A stretch of DNA of 64,000 nt from Octopus bimaculoides (GCF_001194135.2 NC_068992.1:30669478-30733477), one strand, 5' to 3'; shown: positions 39,701 to 52,408, counted from the first letter of the stretch. A program made the numbers and translations. The notes: generated from the letters alone by a model not told the origin.

Positions 39701-40640
39701 GTTCACCCGAGCTACAAATATCAATGATTTTATTTAATTGGACATATGCTCCTCGGTTCTCTCATCGCCTTCCTGATCAAAAATCTCAGCCGTATGCTCG
39801 TTTTCTTCCTTTAACTTCATTGCCATAGTTTCATTATCTGCATTTTCTTCCTCATCCTTCCATTCAACGCTTTCCAGCTCAGCTTGGTCACACAGAATTT
39901 GTTCGCTTAAGTCGTATAGGCCTTCGTCGCTCCATGTTCTGTGCATTATTTTCCTCTATCCCCTAGCGTGTACTTCATTATCATTTCTCGGATTACCTAG
40001 AAAATAGTACTTCATTGCAACCATATTCATTTCTTTCGTTCACCTTTTAGCAGTTGCTTGATAAGGCTTGGGCACACGCTGCTCACCCTTGGGATACGCA
40101 TCTGGTGAGAGCCCTTCACAAGGTGTTCCAGCCCCATTCACGCCGTTCTCATTTCTATTTTTATTTGACATTTCAGCGCTCATGGTGAGGTTTAGTGAAT
40201 TTTAGGTTGCATAACAACTAGTAATTTTCCCGTGACACCATCACTGACAGGATTCCTGTAATCCTGGTTTAATTTTTGGAGTTCCCGTTTCCTAGAAGGG
40301 ATGTTCAAGCATTATGATTCCTTCTGCCCCTTAGGTATGATATATAAGGTATATGCTAGTTTGATCACCGTCGCCTCGTAAGTATCGTTAGCGTTTATAA
40401 AGTCGCTTTGTTCTTCCGCTAGGGTGTGAAAATAGCAAGAAACACACACCCTCCTCAGAGAGCAAGCTTTGCGGGGTTGCTGGCTTAGTTGCCGACGTCC
40501 CGACCGAAAAAAGAAAAAAAAAGTTCCTCGCTCTCAGGTTAAAAACGGGAAGGGGTTGTGGTGGTTGCATTGGCCTCATAGTAAAGCAGTTTTTTTCATT
40601 ACAGTAGCTAGATGGTTATATTTTGAGATAATAAACCGAC
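36790..40640 (-). mobile_element. R4/Dong-clade non-LTR retrotransposon C, apparently full length (about 3.85 kb), single disrupted ORF
   Basis: Minus strand: ATG near 40183/40171 (MSAEMSNKNRNENG..); Myb-like R*TKEMNMVAMKYYF...MHRTW; VPAWMTKRRTVLSQK..NFRPIT; RT GMLEGVSLSLLLF and FTGDLKLFAK; CCHC CKMCSEKGESITHIVNEC; RLE end VIPVVIGALEAV...IQKTALLGTVCILGSVLSL* near 36886. (TAA)n on the coding strand at both ends. Confidence 0.93.
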
Positions 40641-40642
40641 AA

Positions 40643-40665
40643 AATTATTATTATTATTAATATTA

Positions 40666-40729
<64 letters not shown>

Positions 40730-40735
40730 TATTAT
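40643..40735. repeat. (TTA)n microsatellite, 5' flank of element C
   Basis: Direct triplet run. Confidence 0.97.
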
Positions 40736-40989
40736 TTACGCTGTATCTATTTGTGACGAATGCGAGAAAGTAATTTGAACAGAAAAGTAATTTGAGTCCA
40801 GATATGTATTTTGGTATTGAGGCGCAATGGGGACATTGATATTGATTTTGCCTCGATTTGGGCAAGTGTGTATTTTGGTTGCAGAATATAGTCCTCAGAG
40901 TCTTTTCCTTTTTATTATTATCTTTAACTTTAAACTACTACTTCACACTTCAAACACGCATGCGTCGAAACCGACGGGAGTGAACATTC

Positions 40990-42320
40990 TTATTGTTTAC
41001 ATTTTACTTCTCAGAGTTCTTGATTTTACTTGCTGGGCTATTCTACAAGTGAGGGCAAATACCTATTTCTCACAAGATGACTTTCCAGGATACTTAACAT
41101 CCAATTACTAGCCTCACTGTCTCCAATAAAGCAGTTTTCAGAGCATATTCTACCCTCATGCCAATCCCAGTTTCATCTACAATTTCTCAAATATGGTTGT
41201 TAATGCTCCCAGTGATCTTACAGCTATTAGGATGTCAGTTACTTCATTGCCCACATTCGTGCACTCTCATCTTTTTAGTGGCTTGCATTCTTCAATCTTT
41301 TCCAGCTTGTTGTCATCCCCTCGTTCATTCCCAGGTATGACAATAACTATGATCTTGGTCACCTTCATCATTTTGTCAACTTCAACTATGTTTGTTTCCA
41401 GTTCATCAATCACTGAATTACACTGGATTGTGAAATCCTACAAGATCATTATTCTTGGTAATGCCTTATATTTTATGTTTATACCATTTCAATTTTCTTT
41501 TAAGACTGTACGTCTCAAACCCTCTTCAATGAACATACCTAGCTACGTTATCATAAATCCGTTTTGTGTACTGTTCGAGATAAATTCCAACACTTACTAT
41601 GAGATTGTTTTGTTTTTGTGGCTTACATCTTACAAAGGGCTGATTTGAAGCTCTTATCTATTTGGAATTTGGTGTAATTCGTTCTCAGAGCCTGCAACAG
41701 AGCGCTGAATGTCAAGCCTCTGCATCCTTTCATATCACTTTTCCCTAGCCATCTCCAGATGTTGATCTCGTTTCTCCCTTCCATTTCTCTCAAGTATCAT
41801 GCATCAGTTTTTTTTTGTTTTTTTTTACATTTGTTCAAACCTTGTTCTAGATTTTATTTCTGAAATGGTTTTAGGTGTCACATTTTCACTAGGTAAAGCG
41901 TCGCTATCTTTAACAGCAACAACCATACCTTCAGTATGTTGTTTTACATAACATCCCACACTGTTCTCGCTGGCAACGTAGATGTTGCAGCCTATGAGAT
42001 CAACTCCTCCACTGTCTCTAGGCACGTATAGTCTATCGATTTCACTCTTAGCGTGCAGTTCGTTGTTTGTTGTCATCATATTCCTGGTTTTTCAGTCTAA
42101 TTCCTCAAGTTCATTGTTTGTCAATCTCACAATACCAGCGACAAATCACATTAAAGAGACAGCCTATGTTCTCATTTCCTTCATCTTGTTCTATCAATTG
42201 TGTCAACGTTCCACAATAAAGTTGAATTTCTTGATTTCTTCTCGCCTAAAACTTTCCTTTATCCCAATCTTTAGATTGTCATAATCCAAGATATACGAAT
42301 ATATATATCCATTCACCTCA
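40990..42320 (-). mobile_element. R4/Dong-clade 3' fragment G (post-RT region + RLE), heavily decayed
   Basis: Reverse complement: MMTTNNELHAKSEIDRLYVPRDSGG (LHPKSDVDRLY motif); IL*DFTIQC...VDKMMKVTKIIVIVIPG...KLEKIEE...RSLGALT...GIGMRVEYALKTALL. Boundaries are approximate. Confidence 0.8.
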
Positions 42321-42399
42321 AAATCCTAAATTCTATAGTCGTTGGGCAGTTCTCTGTCATCAGGCCTCCTGCCAATAGTAGGAAGGAATAGTGTTATTG

Positions 42400-42552
42400 A
42401 TATTGTTGTTGTTGTTTTTCTTCTTCTTCTTCTTCTCCTCCTCCTTCTCCTCCCCCTCCTTCTTCTTTTTCTTCTTCTTCTTCTTCATCGTCGTCTTCTT
42501 CTTCTTCTTCTTCTTCTTCTTCATCTTCTTCTTCTTCTTCTTCTTCTTCTTA
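42400..42552. repeat. Compound (TTG)/(CTT)n/(CCT) microsatellite
   Basis: Directly visible. Confidence 0.95.
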
Positions 42553-43554
42553 ATATTTTGCTGCTTAACTATTTTATTTTTGTATGATATTGCAAGGATA
42601 GCATAATTAGAAGTATTTGGAGTTATGCCAGCTTTTAATATTTGGAGACCCATAGGCACACGTAATTATATGCCAACACACGCACTTATATATATATATA
42701 TATACGCACACACATAAACACACACATGTAGAAATGTGAGCACATGTGTGGTCTGTATATAATTGCATGTTTATTTTTAAGTCTTACTATGTCTTACGAA
42801 ATGTAACGAATAATCTTGCACCTTTTATGCAAGTAACAGCTATATTTCCTTAGATTACTTCAGTTTTCACAACTAAGGTTCTGCTAGAAAAAGTATTTAG
42901 ATAAACCACACAGCATTTAAAACAACGAACATTCTTGCTCGGTTGAAGCACTTCCTTACGTCAAGACAACCGAAGACACAGATTCAGCAGTCAGTTTGTT
43001 TGCACTACGTACACGTGCGGTATCTCGTAATTGATAGCATTGTGGGCCACGGGGTTTGGCAAATAAGTGATTTAATCACGAACGAATCATCTGGTATCGA
43101 GGTAAGAACTATAGATTTCCACGTCCCAAGTAATTTCAATGGGTCTGAGTTGACAGAAACTGCGTGGAACCCAAATGATGGATGACGTTTGTAATTCAAA
43201 GGCCGCATTATCTCGCATTGTTGCACGCTTCTACTATCTAATGACCAGGTTAAGTATAGAAATATGTGTATGCGAAACACAGCCGTTTATACTACAATTC
43301 AATAAGTACGTAATTACCTCTTTTGTTCAACCGGAACACTAGTCCTTGTAACGGAAATGCTTGTACTTATTTTAGCGCAGTCACCTGTTCTATCACCCAA
43401 TGGAATCATTTTCTGTACAGCTTTTTTGCTAAGTCAAAAAATATATTAGTATAAATATCCCATTTTCAAGTCGGGTGTGAATTAATGTTGTGATTTTCAT
43501 GAAAATGCTACTAAAATACAGTTCTATATTTAAGAGATGAGGAATTATGTACGT

Positions 43555-43885
43555 CATTTACATTATTTACATTTGACGGATATTTGTTCTCATCTTGTTT
43601 GTTTTTAGCACAACGTTTTGGCTGATATAGCCTCCAGCCTTCATGAGGTGTCTTGGGGAAATTTCGAACCTTGGTTCTCATTCCTAATGTATTTTTCGAT
43701 GTTGTAGTTATTATTNNNNNNNNNNATTATTATTATTATTATTATTATTATCATTATTATTATAATTATTATTATTATCATTATTATTATTATTATTATT
43801 ATTATCATTATTATTATTATTATTATTATTATCATTATTATTATTCAGGTCACTGCCTGGAATCGATCTCGGAATCTTGGGGTTA
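43555..43885 (-). mobile_element. tRNA-like head + (TAA)n + hammerhead-bearing tail (candidate ribozyme SINE), head truncated
   Basis: Minus strand: TAACCCCAAGATTCC-GAGATCGATTCC-AGGCAGTGACCTG (B-box-like, 43859-43870), then (TAA/TGA)n, then AATGAGAACCAAGGTTCGAAATTTCCCCAA, a hammerhead (43652 to 43607) and AACAAGATGAGAACAAATATCCGTCAAATGTAAAT. Confidence 0.6.
43607..43652 (-). ncRNA. Degenerate minimal type-I hammerhead ribozyme
   Basis: GACAC-CUCAUGA-A-GGCUG-(10 nt)-CAGCC-AAAA-CGU-U-GUGCU. Stem II is intact; the core has G5C and G12A changes. Confidence 0.5.
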
Positions 43886-44054
43886 ATAATAATGATAATA
43901 ATAACAGAGAAAAATACTATATTAATGAGAACCCAGGTTCAAAATTTCCCCCAAAACTCCTGATAAAAGCTGGAGGGTGTATCAGCCGAAACGTTGTTAA
44001 CAACAAACAAGATGAGGATAAATATCCGTCAAATGTAAATAATGTAAATAATGC
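43886..44054 (+). mobile_element. Inverted second copy of the hammerhead-bearing tail
   Basis: Reverse complement of 43555-43715 with scattered substitutions, forming an inverted repeat with arms of about 150 bp. Confidence 0.85.
43954..44000 (+). ncRNA. Degenerate minimal type-I hammerhead ribozyme (inverted copy)
   Basis: CUGAUAA-A-AGCUG-(10 nt)-CAGCC-GAAA-CGU-U. GAAAC is intact; G8A and G10.1A changes. Confidence 0.5.
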
Positions 44055-44713
44055 ATCTAAAATATTTGGTTAATATGAACTATAAATAAGAATATGATAA
44101 CGGTGAAATACTTAGAATAGTTTGCGTTAAATTCTAACATTAAATTCTAACCTTAAAATTCTAAGTCGGTTCTTGAATATTAGTTTTCTTGTTTCTGGGC
44201 AGAAAGGTTATTGAAAGTTAATTAAAAGAGGCTCTGACAGAAGATATCAAGAATTTTCAGCTCACATACTCATGTATCACATGCCAAATAGACTTCTCGC
44301 TCAAGGGAGACAAGAATGTTAGATTCTATCATTGAAAAGATTAATATATATATAAATGCAGAATGTCTGAATACATACACATACACATATAAGCAAACAC
44401 AGTAATAGACACATATATATTTATATATTATAGTCTGGGTCAAATAAAAATAATATCGTAGTATAATAGCGGAGGAATGCGATGAAGAACATCTTCTATA
44501 TAAAGTGAAATATTTTTAAAATTATTATTCTCAGTCCAAGGTTTTTAAAATGAATACTAAATTCTATTCACAACAATAATAGAGATATATGAACATAGTA
44601 CTGGCAGAGGGGTCCCAAGCCACATGTATCTGATTTGAATTGAGTAAACTTGCTCAATATAAACAATTTTTTTCAATAACTGCGGCAAAAATGTTATAAT
44701 TCAAGTTAGTGAC

Positions 44714-44768
44714 ATCGACTTATAATCGATATCGACTTATAATCGATATCGACTTATAATCGATATCG
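44714..44768. repeat. 17-bp quasi-palindromic minisatellite x3 (ATCGACTTATAATCGAT)
   Basis: Three exact tandem units plus ATCG. Confidence 0.95.
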
Positions 44769-45125
44769 TATATGTATATATGCGTGAGCATTGGTATCTC
44801 TGACTGCGCGTTACGCTTCAGACTGTATTTAAGTACATGTGTGTGTGTGGGTGTGTGTAAGTGTGTGTGTGTGTGTGTGTGTGTGTGTATCAGTGAATGT
44901 TTTAGATATTACCAATGAAATCGAGAAACAAAATTGTTTCTTTTTTTGAAGTGTTTCCTTTGCATGATTTGACCTGCAACGTATCGCAAATACTCTTCTG
45001 GCACAGTCGACGTCAAAATTGAAGTGAAACAAGTTTCCATTAATTGGTATATACGATGTATTTGTGCAACACATCAGCTTAGTATAGGAATTTTAACTAA
45101 AACACGCTTGTGTACGAGTGCGTGA

Positions 45126-45126
45126 G

Positions 45127-45159
<33 letters not shown>

Positions 45160-45320
45160 ATAGCAGTAGTAATAGTAGTGGCGGTGGTGGTGGTGGTGGT
45201 GGTGCTGCTGCTGCTGATGATGGTTGTGGTGGCGGTGGTGGTGGTGATAGTGTTAGTGATGGTAGTAGTAGTATTAATGGTTGTAATAGTAGTAGTAGGT
45301 GTAGTAGCCGCAGCAGCAGC
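45126..45320. repeat. Compound (AGT)/(GGT)/(GCT) low-complexity triplet tract
   Basis: Directly visible; the source of the poly-S/G/T/P ORFs in the track. Confidence 0.9.
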
Positions 45321-46514
45321 CGCATGTGCTGTTCTTACCACAGGTGCTTGCAGTGGAGGTGCTGTGCGTACAAAAGACTGCATGCTCCTAATTATTCGAA
45401 ATTTATGAATTCAGTTTATATTTCCACCTCACCTACTCATTCAGTCTACATGAAAAATAAAAAATTAAAGCTACGCGCTTATATAAAATATGATAGAGAT
45501 TATAAACTGTATCTTCCGATGACCTTATTCTCTTGTTACTGATATTATAAAAGCTAGCAAGTCTATAGATCTTAATCAATTCGAAGCAATTTTGCGTTTG
45601 TGTTTTTGACAATCTAACGTGCCTAATTAAGCGGTAGACATAAAATTAAAGTGAACTTCATGTAGCTTTAACCTTTACGTTTGCTCCTTCGTTTTCCAAT
45701 TATTCTCTTTTATTTTTCTGACACATTTCAAGTTCACGCATGTCATATTGAAGCAGGCGCACGAATAGATGCATGAAAACCATACGCATACACGCACTGT
45801 ACACGCATATGAACACTCAAAGAAACCGATGTGCTAATGCGCACGCATGACCGAGTACACAGGGCATAGTGCTTTACAAAATCCATGTATAAGGATACAT
45901 GTGTCTGGGTGTGTGTATACATACCCGCATGCACACCCACGGACACACGCACACACGCACATACGCACACACGCACTCACGGGATTGTTTAAAATTCCAA
46001 CTATGTAGTATTAATCGTACTGCAAGAAGCACTAAGACGCACATATGTCCTTTCGGTATTTGTTTTACGAAAGTCTTGATGAGAAATCAGAATTGTAAAT
46101 TTGGGAGGTTTGTTCATCTAAATAAGTTCTTGCACTGGTTGCAACTTACGTTTAAACGCCCCAAGTAGTTAATCTATCAATTATTTAATGAATTTGTCAA
46201 TTTAAATGCATCTCGTTAAAATCGAACTCGAATTCTTTCATCCTATTGATTCGCACAAACTAGCGTCTAATGCAAATACGCAAACATATATTCTAATGCG
46301 TAGATATTAAAAACTTCAATGAAGGAAAGGATTGGAGAAAATTTTCTTTAAAAAAGGCAAAATAGGTGCAAGTAAAATCTATGAAAAAATCTACATACAT
46401 TAATTAAGCAATTATAATCTACAGTAAACTAAACAATACAAGCGTGTAAAAAATAATGTGAAAATGAGCTTAACAAAGTACGATGTGTATATTATACATA
46501 TATACATACATACA

Positions 46515-46677
46515 GGCGCAGGAATGGCTGTATAGTAAGTAGCTTGCTTACCACCCACATGGTTTCGGGTTCATTCCCACTGCGTGGCACCTTGGGGAAG
46601 TGTCTTCTACTATAGCCTCCGGCCGACCAAAGCCTTGTGAGTGGATTTGGTAGACGGAAACTGAAAGAAGCCCGTCG

Positions 46678-46738
<61 letters not shown>

Positions 46739-47031
46739 NNNNNNNNNNNNNNNNNNNNNNNNNNNNNNNNNNNNNNNNNNNNNNNNNNNNNNNNNNNNNN
46801 NNNNNNNNNNNNNNNNNNNNNNNNNNNNNNNNNNNNNNNNNNNNNNNNNNNNNNNNNNNNNNNNNNNNNNNNNNNNNNNNNCATCGCTTGACAACCGATG
46901 CTGGTGTGTTTACGTCGCCGTAACCTAGTGGCTCGGCAAAAGAGGCCGGTAGAATAAGTTTTGAGGACGATTTGCTTTACTAAATGTGGTGCTCCAGCAT
47001 GGCTACAGTCAAATGACTGAAACAAGTAAAA
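46515..47031 (+). mobile_element. tRNA-derived CORE-type SINE, family 1 (octopus OR-like), full length with internal microsatellite and gap
   Basis: GGCGCAGGAATGGCTGTATAGTAAG (A box); GGGTTCATTCCC (B box); CACCTTGGGGAAGTGTCTT (CORE-like); internal (TA)/(TG)n plus N gap; tail CATCGCTTGACAACCGATGCTGG...CTCCAGCATGGCTACAGTCAAATGACTGAAACAAGTAAAA. Confidence 0.9.
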
Positions 47032-49154
47032 ATTTATATATATATATAATGTGTGTGTGTGTGTGTGTGTAAATTCTAAATATAGGGTAAAATTTGAATA
47101 TTAATTTTCTACCAGTGGCTAACGTGAGTAACAATTTCCCTAGACTGCAAATATTATTATATTCTATGTGCGTATAAGAGTTATACACTGAAGGAAAGCC
47201 ACTAAGTAGTTTTCCATCACGTTAGAAATGGGAGAAACCACGAAAAAGCTATTCATTTTTGCACATTGAATGTAGGAGGGTAAGACAATTTGAGAGAATT
47301 CAAAAATGATTATTCATGTACTTCGAAATTTCACCCTCAACGATTAAATACACTAATTAATTAATTAATTAATTAATCAATCAATGCATTAAACCATCTA
47401 TAGTGGTTTGGAAAAAGAGCCCGTTAAAATAAGTACCAGGCTTATGAAAAAAAATATCTTCCCGTATGTCTTCTTAAAATGCTTTAATCAGGATCCAATT
47501 TTGGTAATACGGGATACACATACGTGTTACAATACTTGGGATATTGCTGACCGTGACATGTACAGAATAGCAGTAATATATTAGCTGTTGACACCTTACT
47601 CCTCTAATATGCTGCATGAATTTTTGAAAGTGGTCGTGATCACATCCTTTGAAATATATCGCAGTAGATGAATCTGTGTCGACACAAATGCGCAGTTTAT
47701 TCGCCATCAAATGATATTGCAAGCTACGCGTTACACTTAACATTAAACAGAATATTCTTCCAGGTTTTATACATCTACGGTGTGATTCTCCAACTTACAT
47801 TACCACTGTGAATTCAGAGTTCGCCTAGTTAATTGCATTTTCGTATATATCTACAAGATGAGGGTATTTTGGAAAGCAGATGTGAGCAGTGTCTGGGTAT
47901 TTAATACTAGTTTGGTACATGTTAAATGATACTAGGTAAAATTTATTTATCGGCACAATTAAAACAACTCTGATGTTGGCAAATTCTTCGCCTGCGTCGC
48001 TGCCTCGAATATTATACGGATGATTTCATGTATGTAAAAATTATAAATGACATTGTTTTGTCGGAAAGATCAACAACGTGCAATGATAGGCAGCTCTGTT
48101 CTAGAGTTTGGTATGATCGTCCATGTATATTTGTTTGTGTGTCTGGGGAAGAACATACGGAATACAAAGCTTCCGCATTTCCGACAGAAACTAGCATATT
48201 TTATATTAGGTAGCTTCTGCTGCAGGGGTGATGCGTTTAAGAATTTCTTCATATCCAGGTGTTTTGTTTTTGGTAAGGTAGTTACATATCCGAAGAGTGT
48301 TATCTTTCTCGTGGTTAAAATTTTATAGATGAACTATTACAATTGTTTCCATGATTGGCTTGATATTTTCTATCAGCTAATGTGTCATGTCGGTGATATT
48401 TTCATATATCGTATCTTTCTTTAACCTTATCCTGTCTTTCTAGAAACTAGACAGAATCCGTCCGCTTCATCCCAACTCCAAGATACATCCCGCGCCCCTT
48501 AGAATTTAAGCTTTGTATAGTAAGAAATTTTGAGCAAGCGAATTTGGTACGTAAATATTTGATTTGAAAATTCAGTTTTGTTGAGATTCGAGACACAAGT
48601 AATAAAATAGTTAGCCTGGCATGGTTCTTCCATGAATTTTGAATTTGTTATTCATTCATAATATGGTATGTGGACAGAAATGTTAAAGCAATGGTTATGC
48701 TAATGAAAGACACACGGTAGGATCGAACAAAAGTCGAGTATCAGATAATTTCTATTAAAACCTAGTAAAACATTACGGAGATACTTTTATACGATTATTA
48801 AGAGGCATTTAAACCAACGGTAATATATAGTACAGAGAAATACTTCTATTCATCTTCTTTTTCTGGTCAATTTATATACATCATAATACTGATATCAATA
48901 CACGTCATATATTTCGGATAAACTGTTTTACTGTCAACGGTGGCTTATAAGAGAAATTGATACGAAAGTATTTAGATAACCAATATAGAAAATTATTGTA
49001 AACATATGCATGCATAGGTATAAACGTACATATTCATACGTATACACACACATATATATATATATATATATATTCATATATAAGCAAATATACATAAACT
49101 ATATGACTAGAATTCGTTATCAGAGACTTTGAATGGCTTCATTAACGGCGGCGA

Positions 49155-49830
49155 GCTGCTAACACATCGATTCGGGGATGATATTGTACATATCGCCGAA
49201 AAAACAAAAAAACAAAGCTCTTCAGTAGGCTTTAAAATAAACCGCATTAAAACGAAAACGCATGCTGTTTTTCGACGTAGTACAAGGTCGAGTTAGTAAA
49301 AGAATGAGTCTACTAAATATGGTACACAGTGACTATGCAGCAAGAATCGGATGCTGAAATCTCGAAGAGAATAAAAGCGGAACGGAAGGTATAGTTAAAT
49401 CAAAGGACAATGATATATTCACCAGACCCTTCAATATCATCATTTTACCTGTTCACTTATATACAAGACCTGGGCTACTACAAACAAGAGAGAAAATCGT
49501 TCGGCTTCGATGAAAAGGACAATGGTAACTCCGTGTTGGAAATAACAGTACGACCGACCATTCGAAGGGGGATAACTCGAGAACTATGCTGAGTGAACTA
49601 TATTACACAATACCGAATGCACCAGTGTCTCTGCGCAGGATAAGTTGCAAGGTTTACAGACAACAGATGTCTCAGAGCATGCAGATGTCGGGAGGTACAC
49701 AACAGATCAGAGAAGGCCACGCGAACGATCTCCACAATGCTGGGAAGACGATTTAAATAAGCTAGTAGGGACAAAATGCAAGTGAATGTTGCAATAAGAA
49801 AATGTTGAAATCAAGAAAGTGTGGGAAGAA
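49155..49830 (+). mobile_element. RTE-clade LINE 3' fragment (RT motif to C-terminus), decayed
   Basis: THRFGDDIVHIAE (RFADD box); VGFKINRIKTK; DAEISKRIK; IILPV; VARFTDNR; RRPRERSPQCWEDDLNKLVG. Confidence 0.8.
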
Positions 49831-49873
49831 CATTGTAAGTAGCGAAGTATAAAACATCCCATGATCTCGTTAG

Positions 49874-49935
<62 letters not shown>

Positions 49936-49982
49936 TGCATGCATACATACATGTATATATATATATATATTATATGTACACG

Positions 49983-50027
<45 letters not shown>

Positions 50028-52012
50028 GCGTATGTTTATATATATATATGTGTGTGTATATGTATGTATATATATGTGTGTATGTATACGCATATCTATA
50101 CGGATGTATACCTGCATCTGCGTATATGAACTGCAGGAAATTCCTCTGAGATTGAGTATTCATAATCATAACATTTTAACACTATCGTCGTAGTAAGTGC
50201 AAATGATAAATCATTAGATAAATAAAAACACTGTCAAACTTCACTATAGAAATAGCAATGCCTTTGCAAAATGCAGGAGTGTTTTCTGTCTGACTCTGTA
50301 TATATAGATGCATATAATTTGATAGTTAGTTAAATATGTCACACTGTCGCCATAGAGTCCAATACGAAGAAGAAATTAATTGTATGAATACACTTCTCTG
50401 AGGATAGACATAACAGTTCTAATTGCAGAGAAATTATTGACAACTGGCTATTAGAATGACGTATATATAAATCTACGCTGTGATATTTACCTTTATATTC
50501 ATTCAGACATCTCTAAACGCAAACAGATATAGCGTCTAATGATATAAATTCTCATTTGAATGTGGTACAGACAAAGCGTGAACATGTGTATGTAGATTCA
50601 TATATGTATATTCAAAATTTATCGAATCGGAAACTGTGTAGATCACAAGTTCGACTTTCATCTCTCATTTATTTTTTTATTTAGGTTACCTACCGAGACC
50701 TAAATCTGTAAACAGTTACGATGCAATGCATAAAAGACTTATTTTCATGAAATAGTCAATTTGAGTATGATTATTGTAGTTATGCCGAAATATATGTATG
50801 CGTGCGAGTGTGGGTGGGTGAATGTGTGCGAGTGTGTGTATGAATATATGTATATGTAATACATATATATGTATGTGTGCGTGTATGCATGGACATACTC
50901 ATATATACGTAAGCGCACACCTTTTTATGCAAAAAATAAACAGATTACCATGCTACGCAAGAGAATATCTATTTATACAATTTCAAATAACACCCTGCAG
51001 AAACACATACGCACATACAAAGTCATACACTCACAAATGCAAGTATACGACGCGAAGACACGTCGAAGTTTTTACATTCTTTCGAACATTTGTGCCACTT
51101 ACCAAAAATACTAATATCAATACTACAAAGAATCTTTCGCATTGCAATTACAAAGGGCAAAACAACTCACCCTCCCCACTTCGCGCAAAAGAATACCTAA
51201 CTCAGGTCTACACCAGCATTCTGGGTGCGATTTTAATTTCGAAAGTGCAGTTTCGCATTTGTTAGTGAATCTCGAGCTAGCATAGGTTAATATTTTAAAT
51301 CCAACCGTACCTCGGTTTACTACAATAAGATTACCCTATGCATATTGAAGTTGCATGCAAAATAGAGAAGCATCAATGTGGTTAACAGCCGTGCAAGTGT
51401 ATAAAAAATTTCTTAAAGTTTCATTTTCGTAAATTCACCTTCACCCCGGTTTTCGAAATAATGACACCCCCGACAGAAATAAGAAAGGCAACCGCAGAGT
51501 TTTCCCATTTCTCGCAGGATACACACAGCAAAATATTAGGCAAATTCTTTGTTAATGACTAGTTGAAATATGGTTTGCATAAATAGAATTCTTTTTTCTT
51601 TTCCATATTGTTGTAAACTTTTAGGTTTCAAATTCTTTCTAAGAGCAACACAGAACTTTTCACCCTTCCGGGGAAAACTTGAAAACAATAAATCTTCAGT
51701 GTATGAATCTACTCAAATTCTTAGAACTGATTACTGCCCGCACCTAAAAAGATATCATAACATAGTCTCCTTCTTTTATTAATTAATTGCAATTTCCTTT
51801 GCATCAGGACACATTTAGCAGTATTTTCATACAAAGAAAGACACGGGTCTTATGAAAATCAAAAAATAGCTGAAGAAATCGCCACATATATACTAGGGGG
51901 TACCCAAAAGAAACCGGAATGTTGTAATGTTAATCTCTTTGTTTGGCATATTTTAGACTTTTAGTGCCTTCACAGTACGTAGCTGGTACTTATTATTATT
52001 ATTATTATTATT

Positions 52013-52408
52013 GGGTGAGAGAGCAGCGCATTACCTTCCAGCTGGGTCCAAGTTAGAATTTTCGTGAGGTTGAGGAGCCCATTTCACTCAAAAGGTCCTT
52101 CATTAAGAGCTGTTTAATGATGTTGAACGAAACACCCATGTTTCCAAAGATGAATTATTCACTCTAAAGAATTCGTCCTAAAATATGACTGTGATTATCC
52201 CCCGTTACATCTGTTCGTGATCAGAAATGCACATATTGTCAGCCACCAGGAAACGTGCTCAACTGCTTCAGGTCAAACATCTGACTAGCACATCCTTGGT
52301 ATTGAGCATAATATTTGTTGTTGTACAAGACGAAACATGTACTTGGTAAAACTTCCAATCAGTTAAGATCAGAAGCATGAGAGCCAATGTCTGGTACTGC
52401 ATCAGGAC

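Noticed and set aside
45126-45542. S/G-rich 138-aa ORF that could mimic a transcription-factor low-complexity exon
   Set aside because: Open in several frames on both strands because it is a compound triplet repeat; no folded domain or splice support.
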